IMG/VR virus record: IMGVR_UViG_3300045947_000099
Location: 1 to 31,255 of that record
Length of the DNA stretch: 31,255 nucleotides
Strand: one strand, 5' to 3'
Source: a virus
Lineage: Duplodnaviria > Caudoviricetes
Shown: piece after piece, positions 25,335-31,255 of the stretch
How the letters are laid out: every line of letters starts with the position of its first letter
How positions within the stretch are numbered: position 1 is the first letter of the stretch
Notes under the pieces: generated by a model
The model's database searches: none
Seen by the model: the letters and a program-made list of their open reading frames with translations, nothing else
What the model was told of the DNA's origin: nothing
Program-made: the position numbers and the translations under genes

Positions 25335-25505
25335 GCGGTGCAGTCACCAGCCATCAAGACCAGGATGGCCAAGTATCCCCCTCCCTAGAACCGCAGGGTG
25401 GCTGCATCGCATTTCGCACACGCGCAGGGCCGTTGTCCGCAATGGACGTAAAGAGCTTGACTCTCCTTCTTCCCCTTTTCCCGAAGCTCGCCGGCCCTGC
25501 TTTTT
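25335..25505 (+). ncRNA. Candidate structured RNA: two tandem multi-stem units ending in a U-tract
   Basis: Unit 1 has a 14-bp stem (25335-48/25397-410, two G-U pairs) enclosing a GCCAUC/GAUGGC hairpin. Unit 2 has a 9-bp stem (25424-32/25492-500) enclosing GUCC/GGAC and GAGCUU/AAGCUC hairpins, then UUUUU. Confidence 0.6.
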
Positions 25506-25512
25506 ATCTTCG

Positions 25513-25761
25513 ATGATCGGTTCTCGTTACTGCTGGTGCTGCGGCATGCCATACCCGTTGTGCTGCTGTCCTGGCGGGAGTTATCACGTGAACGAAGTCC
25601 AGAAGTTCATGCACTGGTGGCACGACGACAAGGAACGCGCCAAGTGCACCCTAGAACAAGCGATCGGGGCTTACGTCTCCAGCTTCCCCGGCCGCACTTA
25701 CACTCTCCTGCTGGAGCTCTTGGAACCAAAATGCGAGTCAACATCTACGCCGAAGAAATGA
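25513..25761 (+). CDS. Cys-rich hypothetical protein (82 aa)
   Basis: CWCCGMPYPLCCC N-terminus; fills the gap in the operon. Confidence 0.45.
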   Translation: MIGSRYCWCCGMPYPLCCCPGGSYHVNEVQKFMHWWHDDKERAKCTLEQAIGAYVSSFPGRTYTLLLELLEPKCESTSTPKK

Positions 25762-26000
25762 CCGATCGAGTCGAGATCATCTCGAAGACCACGCCAGAAG
25801 GCACGTTCACCGGGGTCCGCTTCTACCTGGAGCTGCCAGTCAGCGTTGACCAACCAGAGCTCCCGAAGGAGATTCGTGGCCCATTCATTCACCGTCCCGG
25901 CGACGACGACAGTGCAGCCGTCACGTTTTGGGGCAAGGCCGAGCTGAAGGTGGCTCTGCGCAAGGCACTCGATCTTCTCGAAGCCCACGAACAACGATGA
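25731..26000 (+). CDS. Hypothetical phage protein (89 aa)
   Basis: MRVNIYAEEMTDRVEII...DDDSAAVTFW; ATG 25731; stop coupled to the next gene. Confidence 0.7.
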   Translation: MRVNIYAEEMTDRVEIISKTTPEGTFTGVRFYLELPVSVDQPELPKEIRGPFIHRPGDDDSAAVTFWGKAELKVALRKALDLLEAHEQR

Positions 26001-26422
26001 ACGAAGCCCTAGCAGTCAAGATCAAGACCTACTACGAGGCTCGTGCAGCCTACGACGCAGCAAAGAAGATCAGCGACGAGCACGATGCAGTTCGCCGAGC
26101 CAAGGAACAGGAGCTGGTGGACTACATGCTCGAACAGAAGATCAAGAGCGTGAAGCTCGAAGACGGCACGACGCCAACCCTGGTCAACACGGTCTCGATC
26201 CGCGTAGTGCAGGAGAACTTCGAAGAAATCAGGCAGTGGCTCAGGAACACGGTCGGCGACGATGCCGACTTCCTGGTCACGATCCCGCACAAGCCTGCAA
26301 TCGTCGAATACGTGAAGCGGCAGATCGAGCAGGAGAAGCTCGATGACGACGACTTCCCTGCCTTCTTGCAGTGCAGCACCCGGCCGGCGATGCGAGTTAC
26401 AGGGTGGAAGGGGCGCGAGTGA
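25997..26422 (+). CDS. Hypothetical replication-region coiled-coil protein
   Basis: Coiled coil then M...IKSVKLEDG..T...WLR..G; typical position just upstream of SSB-like genes. Confidence 0.7.
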   Translation: MNEALAVKIKTYYEARAAYDAAKKISDEHDAVRRAKEQELVDYMLEQKIKSVKLEDGTTPTLVNTVSIRVVQENFEEIRQWLRNTVGDDADFLVTIPHKPAIVEYVKRQIEQEKLDDDDFPAFLQCSTRPAMRVTGWKGRE

Positions 26423-26616
26423 CCACGCGGCACCTGACGGTCTGCATCGACTTTGAGTCCGGGATTCAACTCGCCACGTATCCCGACAAGATGATCCAAG
26501 TCCAAGTAGAGGCCGACTTCTACGTTGGCCAGCGTCGCTATCGAGTGGTGGACAAGCTCGACGGCAACGACGAAGAACCGCTTGTCCTCGTTCTCAAGAA
26601 ACACGAAGAACCATGA
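26419..26616 (+). CDS. Hypothetical protein (65 aa)
   Basis: GTGA and ATGA overlaps with neighbours. Confidence 0.55.
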   Translation: MTTRHLTVCIDFESGIQLATYPDKMIQVQVEADFYVGQRRYRVVDKLDGNDEEPLVLVLKKHEEP

Positions 26617-27380
26617 GCGAAGAACAAAAACAAGAACTAGTGATCTGGAAACCCAGCGACTTCAACGGCAGCGACCTGCTTCCTGTGACCTACGGGAGCA
26701 AGAAGGTGGACAACAGCGGGCGCGAGAACATCGACGCCGCAGACTTGATCTTCCCCACGCTCAAGATGCTCCAGGGCAGTAGCGACGAGGTGAAGAAGGG
26801 CGTCGAAGGAGCTCGGGCCGGGCTCTTCTGGCTGACCGGCGCGGAAGAACCGTTCAAGCCCCCTCTCCGTGTGCTTCCCGTGGCTCACACGAAGAGCCGC
26901 ACCCTGTTCCCCAAGGAGAACCGGCCCGAGCACGCGGGCCTCGAAGAGTGTCGCTCCAAGGATGCAGTGACGGGCACAAGGTATGGCTCCTGCGCGGAGT
27001 GCCCCTACAAGGACTGGGACAACGAACACGACCGTCCGCCGGCCTGCTCGGAGTCCAACAACTTCACGGTCCTGACCCCCTTCGGACCGGCAGTTCTGCG
27101 CTTCCAGCGCACCAACTACAAGGCGGGCAAGAAGCTCATCTCGGCCTGGGGAATGAGCCCTGACCCGCTGTTTGCTCACCCGCTGGTCTTGTGGGCCAGC
27201 AGCCGAACCGACAAGGTGAACGGCCAAGACTCCATCACGCACCTTGTTGAAGTGAAGTGGGTTCAGCGGGAGACTGTGCCCCCCCAGGTGCAGGAAGCTG
27301 CACGGGCTCTCGCAATGCAAGTGGCAGCCGCCCATGAAGCAGGTAAGTTCGGATCGAGTGACGACAGCCGCGACGAATAG
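26613..27380 (+). CDS. Putative single-stranded DNA-binding protein with a 4-Cys insert
   Basis: GRENIDAADLIFPTLKMLQGSSDEV...AGLF; ECRS...CAECP...C; acidic C-terminus SSDDSRDE; directly upstream of the primase-helicase. Confidence 0.6.
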   Translation: MSEEQKQELVIWKPSDFNGSDLLPVTYGSKKVDNSGRENIDAADLIFPTLKMLQGSSDEVKKGVEGARAGLFWLTGAEEPFKPPLRVLPVAHTKSRTLFPKENRPEHAGLEECRSKDAVTGTRYGSCAECPYKDWDNEHDRPPACSESNNFTVLTPFGPAVLRFQRTNYKAGKKLISAWGMSPDPLFAHPLVLWASSRTDKVNGQDSITHLVEVKWVQRETVPPQVQEAARALAMQVAAAHEAGKFGSSDDSRDE

Positions 27381-27402
27381 CGAAGAGCGATCATCACAAA
27401 AC

Positions 27403-27440
27403 AACGGGCTGCGCCACTGGCTAGGTGGGCAGCCCGTTTG
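27403..27440 (+). terminator. Strong hairpin, possible weak terminator or attenuator between SSB-like and primase-helicase genes
   Basis: AACGGGCTGC/GCAGCCCGTT plus CCAC/GTGG; only a short T-run follows. Confidence 0.45.
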
Positions 27441-27460
27441 CCATTCCGGAGGCTCAGTCC

Positions 27461-30400
27461 GTGGCAGACAACGCATTCACTTTGGTCAAGGAAGCGATAC
27501 CTGCTCAGGCAGACGCGATCTTGGCCGAGTTCGGTGTTCGACACAACAGGGAAGGGACAAGACTCAAAGGAGACTGGACCACCGGCTTCCTCTGCCCGCT
27601 CTGCGGCGACAAGTCTGGATCAGCGAGCTTCACTCATCAGCTCTACCTGAAGTGCCACCAGTGTTCGACCAAGGCCGACGTGTTCGACTGGTTGAGCAAG
27701 CACACCGGCAAGAAGCCCTGGGATCTCTGCAAGCAGCTCGCCGAACGTCTGAAGGTCACGCTGCCCGACGCCAAACGGCCGCCGAAGACCCAGCGAGGCA
27801 TGCCTCCCAGGATGACGGAGAGCATCCTCCAGGCCGCGATCAGGGACCTGTGGGACCACAAGGACGCCGAGCCTTCGCGAGCTCTGCTGGCTGAAAGGAA
27901 GCTCGACGACCCGGTTCTCCTCGCCCAGTTAGAGATCGGGTGGATCCGTGGCTGGATCGTGTTCGCGAGCCGTGACGAGAAGGGCAACCTGCTCGATCGC
28001 TACCGGGGCTGGAACCCAGGCAACCCGAAGCTGAAGTGGATGTGGCATGGGACCCCAGGCGGGAGCGGCGGGCCAGGGATCTGGCCTAGCCCCACTCGCA
28101 ACCCAGGCGCGAGCTCGGACAAGGTGATGCTGTTGGAGGGGGAGTCCGACGTGCTGACTGCACTTGTGAGGCTCAAGCTCCACGAGCAAGGCTGGCACGT
28201 ATGCACGTGGACAGCAGGGGCCACGAGCTGCCCGCAGCCCAAGGACATTCCGCGCGTGATCCACGGCAAGCCGGTCTACATCGGCTACGACAACGATGTC
28301 TTCCAGGGGCCGGACTACGCGGGCTACTACGTCGAGACGAAGCCCGGCAAGAACCCGGACCACGCGCGCCAGTCGTTAGAGCAACGACTGCGCAACCTTC
28401 TTCAGAAGGTCTCCCCACTGTTCGCGAGTCTCGGCTGTCGGGTCACAGTGATGAAGTGCCCGGTAGATCCCCGTGAGAAGTTCGGCGGTGACTTTCGCGA
28501 TTGGGTCGATGCCGGCGGGCGGAACCTCTCGGATTGGGAGACCTTTCCGTTCGATGATCTGCCGGACTACGGGAAGCTGATTATCGATCTTCCCTTCGGC
28601 GAAGTGTTCGGAGTAGTCCACAAGCCCGTCCGGACGCGCGTGCAGGTTGAAGCAATAGCTAGAGACGATGTGACGCTCAGTAGCGTCTTCGAGATGAAGT
28701 GTGAGATGGGCCAGCATCCTGCGTGCTCCTTGTGTCCTGGAGCTCGGCAGTTTCCTGATCGACTGATCGACGTGCAATCGTTTCAGCGAGAACTGGCCGT
28801 GGGCCTGGAGCAACAAAACGTCTCCGAGAAGATCATCAGGGACGTGATCCAACGGCCGAAGGGCTGTCCACGGATCGAGGTGGTCCCCGTCGATGTGAAC
28901 AACGGCTCGGAGTGGCGCGGGATGTTGCCGGGCAAGGTCGAAGACAGCACGCAGCGCAGCCTCCACATCTTCAGCCCTGACCCTCCGAGCCTGAGCGGAG
29001 AGATGGAGATCGAAGGAGTGGCGTATCCCAACGCCAGAGGCAACGGAGTCGTGTTCCTCGCTGATCGAGTGCGCCAGCTCGACAAGGCCGAAGTGGACCT
29101 AGCCCCGGTAATGCAGGAGCTCCTACAAACCTGCCCCGCCTTCACCGATGACGTGTCAGCGATCGATGAGTTCTTCGCTCTTCGAGCTCGGGACCTGAGC
29201 TACCACGTCACGAAGATCTACGGCCGCCAAGACATCCACATCGCGCACGACCTGTTGATGCACTCAGTCCTGCGCGCGAAGCTGTTCGGCGCAGTGCAGC
29301 GAGCATGGCTCGACATCTGCGTGTTCGGCGACACGCGCACCGGCAAGTCGTTGACCTTCCGCCGGCTGCTGGAGTTCCATGCGCTCGGGATCCACCACAC
29401 GGCCGTGTCCAACATGAGCCGTGCTGGCCTGCTGATGGGAGCTGGGAAGGACGGCTTGCTAAAGCCCGGTGTGCTGCCTCGCTGCAACGGCAAGATGGTG
29501 ATGCTCGACGAGTTCCACTTCCTCGTGCAGAACAGCCCGCACGAGCACCCGATGAGCTGGATGCAGTCAGCTCGGGATGATGGCGTTGCGAGCGGCGTGA
29601 AGATCTACGGCAACCGCGACCTTCCTGCGGCCGTGCGTCTGGTCACGATCGCGAACTGGATGCGCAACAAGCGGCGCAACTTCCAATTCGACTGCGAGCA
29701 CCTTGGAGCTCTGTATGGCGCACCAGAGACCCTTGCTCGGCTCGATTTCGGGCTCGCGATCAACTGCCAGCCGAGCCAGTTCACGCTCGACTCGTGCGAG
29801 CAGTTCTGGACGAAGGAGCGCACGCGCGCCCTGATCCTTCGGGCATGGTCGCAGGACGCCACGCAGGTGTTCATCGATCCAGACGCCGAAGACTACTCCA
29901 AGCAGTGCTGCATCGACTGGAAAGACCGTTTCGACGCCGAGCAGCTCCCGCTCTTCACTCCGGAGGAGAAGAGCTACAGCCTGCTGCGCATCGCGGTAGC
30001 CGTGGCTAACTGCGTCTTCAGCCACCCGAAGCACGACCCCTACAGCGTGCACGTGCGCAAGGTTCACGTGGAGTGGGCTGCCAACTGGCTGCTGCACACG
30101 TGGAACGTCTCCGGCTACGACATCTACAGCTACAAGCGGCGCGAGTCGCAGGAAGTGGTCAAGATCTTCGAGGCCGAGCGCATGATTACCGTGGAGCTCG
30201 GGCTCGAAGATCCAGCCATCGCGATCAGCCGGCTGCAATCGCTGCTGACTCCCTTCGGGCAATCGGAGGTGGTGAGCCTGACCGGGCGCGAGATCAACCA
30301 CGCGCACAACTGGCTCTCGCGCATGCTCGCACTGCACGTGTTCGAGCGGGTCAAGGAAGCGAATGCCTACACGGTGCGCTACACGCTGACGCGCGGCGGC

Positions 30401-30595
30401 ATGCAACTGCTCGGGAACCTCATCAAGCTGGCCGAAGGGGACGTGGCCGCCTGGGTTGACCGCTGGAAGCAGATGAAGGCTTGGAGCGAGGCACTGACCG
30501 GCGGCCAGAAGCTCGCCGAGCCCGCAGTAGTCCCGATGAACCAGGAAGGATGGGATCAACTTGGCAACGCTGACCGATCAGAAGTGCCGTTCTAA
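27461..30595 (+). CDS. Zn-finger/TOPRIM primase fused to an MCM-family AAA+ helicase
   Basis: CPLCGD...CHQC; TOPRIM LLEGESD, IGYDND, GGDFRDW; MCM-like DICVFGDTRTGKS, SRAGL, PGVLPRCNGKMVMLDEF, K..GNRDLPAAVRLVTIAN, LARLDF; GGAGG 8 nt before GTG 27461. Confidence 0.85.
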   Translation: MADNAFTLVKEAIPAQADAILAEFGVRHNREGTRLKGDWTTGFLCPLCGDKSGSASFTHQLYLKCHQCSTKADVFDWLSKHTGKKPWDLCKQLAERLKVTLPDAKRPPKTQRGMPPRMTESILQAAIRDLWDHKDAEPSRALLAERKLDDPVLLAQLEIGWIRGWIVFASRDEKGNLLDRYRGWNPGNPKLKWMWHGTPGGSGGPGIWPSPTRNPGASSDKVMLLEGESDVLTALVRLKLHEQGWHVCTWTAGATSCPQPKDIPRVIHGKPVYIGYDNDVFQGPDYAGYYVETKPGKNPDHARQSLEQRLRNLLQKVSPLFASLGCRVTVMKCPVDPREKFGGDFRDWVDAGGRNLSDWETFPFDDLPDYGKLIIDLPFGEVFGVVHKPVRTRVQVEAIARDDVTLSSVFEMKCEMGQHPACSLCPGARQFPDRLIDVQSFQRELAVGLEQQNVSEKIIRDVIQRPKGCPRIEVVPVDVNNGSEWRGMLPGKVEDSTQRSLHIFSPDPPSLSGEMEIEGVAYPNARGNGVVFLADRVRQLDKAEVDLAPVMQELLQTCPAFTDDVSAIDEFFALRARDLSYHVTKIYGRQDIHIAHDLLMHSVLRAKLFGAVQRAWLDICVFGDTRTGKSLTFRRLLEFHALGIHHTAVSNMSRAGLLMGAGKDGLLKPGVLPRCNGKMVMLDEFHFLVQNSPHEHPMSWMQSARDDGVASGVKIYGNRDLPAAVRLVTIANWMRNKRRNFQFDCEHLGALYGAPETLARLDFGLAINCQPSQFTLDSCEQFWTKERTRALILRAWSQDATQVFIDPDAEDYSKQCCIDWKDRFDAEQLPLFTPEEKSYSLLRIAVAVANCVFSHPKHDPYSVHVRKVHVEWAANWLLHTWNVSGYDIYSYKRRESQEVVKIFEAERMITVELGLEDPAIAISRLQSLLTPFGQSEVVSLTGREINHAHNWLSRMLALHVFERVKEANAYTVRYTLTRGGMQLLGNLIKLAEGDVAAWVDRWKQMKAWSEALTGGQKLAEPAVVPMNQEGWDQLGNADRSEVPF

Positions 30596-30839
30596 GGTCA
30601 AGGCTCTCTCGGCCAAGATGGAAGAGCTCTACGAGCGAGAGTTCCTTGAACACTCGCCGAGCGATGCGTTCTGGCAACGCTACCTCGAAATCGACAAGGA
30701 GCTCGGGAAGAAGCTGGCCGTGCGACCGATCGGCAACCTGGAGATCGATGCTGCTTGCAACGCTGCCCTGAAAGCGTTCAGCTCTGCGATCAACGATGAC
30801 CAACGCGCTAGAGCTGCTGCTGCGAAAGGCCGGACGTGA
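30561..30839 (+). CDS. Hypothetical protein (up to 92 aa)
   Basis: Fills the gap between primase-helicase and resolvase; start may be TTG 30561 or a downstream ATG. Confidence 0.55.
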   Translation: MATLTDQKCRSKVKALSAKMEELYEREFLEHSPSDAFWQRYLEIDKELGKKLAVRPIGNLEIDAACNAALKAFSSAINDDQRARAAAAKGRT

Positions 30840-31236
30840 GCTCGCGGACCATCAGGTCTGCCGGTTCTTCAAGGTGCCAGAGGAGATGCAGCAGACGCCG
30901 TGCGACTTCTTCGGCTACACGAAGATCGGCCGCGCGATCCTGATCGAAGCGAAGTGGGTCCACCGGACCAACCTGCCGATCAACTGCTCGCCTGGACTCC
31001 TGCCGCACCAGTGGAACGAGCTCGAAGCAGCCAACAAGGCTGGAGCTCTGTCCCTCATCTGTTGGGCTCGGGACACCGAATGCGCGGCGTTGAGTTTCGA
31101 CGTTGCTGCGAAACTCGCGCAAGGTCGTCGTTCAATCGCCTGGGATTCCATCGACAAAAAGTTTCTTCGCTCGCTGTTCGGCCCTTCAGCGCATTTGGAG
31201 CTGCTCGATCACTGGCTCCCGCTCAACGGGTCTTGA
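30796..31236 (+). CDS. RecU-like PD-(D/E)xK Holliday junction resolvase
   Basis: TPCDFFG...GRAILIEAK...LLPHQWNEL...AGALSLI follows the RecU motif order. Confidence 0.72.
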   Translation: MTNALELLLRKAGRELADHQVCRFFKVPEEMQQTPCDFFGYTKIGRAILIEAKWVHRTNLPINCSPGLLPHQWNELEAANKAGALSLICWARDTECAALSFDVAAKLAQGRRSIAWDSIDKKFLRSLFGPSAHLELLDHWLPLNGS

Positions 31237-31255
31237 CAGGTCGGATAAAATAGGA

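Noticed and set aside
1-31255. CRISPR array, tRNA, integrase or alternative genetic code
   Set aside because: No regularly spaced repeats, tRNA-like cloverleaf or recombinase motifs were seen; conserved genes translate intact in the standard code and use all three stop codons.

Overview
This window is about 31 kb of a GC-rich (roughly 63% by eye) tailed dsDNA bacteriophage genome, organised as two divergent arms separated by a non-coding control region at about 18180-18830. The leftward (-) arm carries two small paralogous DNA-binding-like genes, an Acb2/Tad1-hairpin-like candidate anti-defence protein, a probable small terminase, the large terminase, a podovirus-type portal, scaffold and a DUF5309/SU10-type major capsid protein. 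A block of six glycosyltransferase-like genes plus a SAM methyltransferase is interleaved with the packaging genes, and four free-standing HNH/EndoVII endonucleases are scattered through the arm. The rightward (+) arm carries early genes (including DUF932), a SNF2 helicase, an XRE regulator, an SSB-like protein, a 1,044-aa Zn-finger/TOPRIM primase fused to an MCM-type AAA+ helicase, and a RecU-like resolvase. The strongest signals outside the ORF track are RNA elements: (1) a complete type III hammerhead ribozyme at 19377-19441 just upstream of DUF932; (2) a terminator hairpin whose loop is the exact reverse complement of an ACACTCAC motif found in the leaders of three early genes; (3) two tandem multi-stem structures with C/U-rich, anti-Shine-Dalgarno-like segments at 25335-25505. 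The palindrome GAGCTC is strongly over-represented throughout. No integrase, tRNA, rRNA or CRISPR array was seen. All family assignments come from motif recognition by eye, not database searches.
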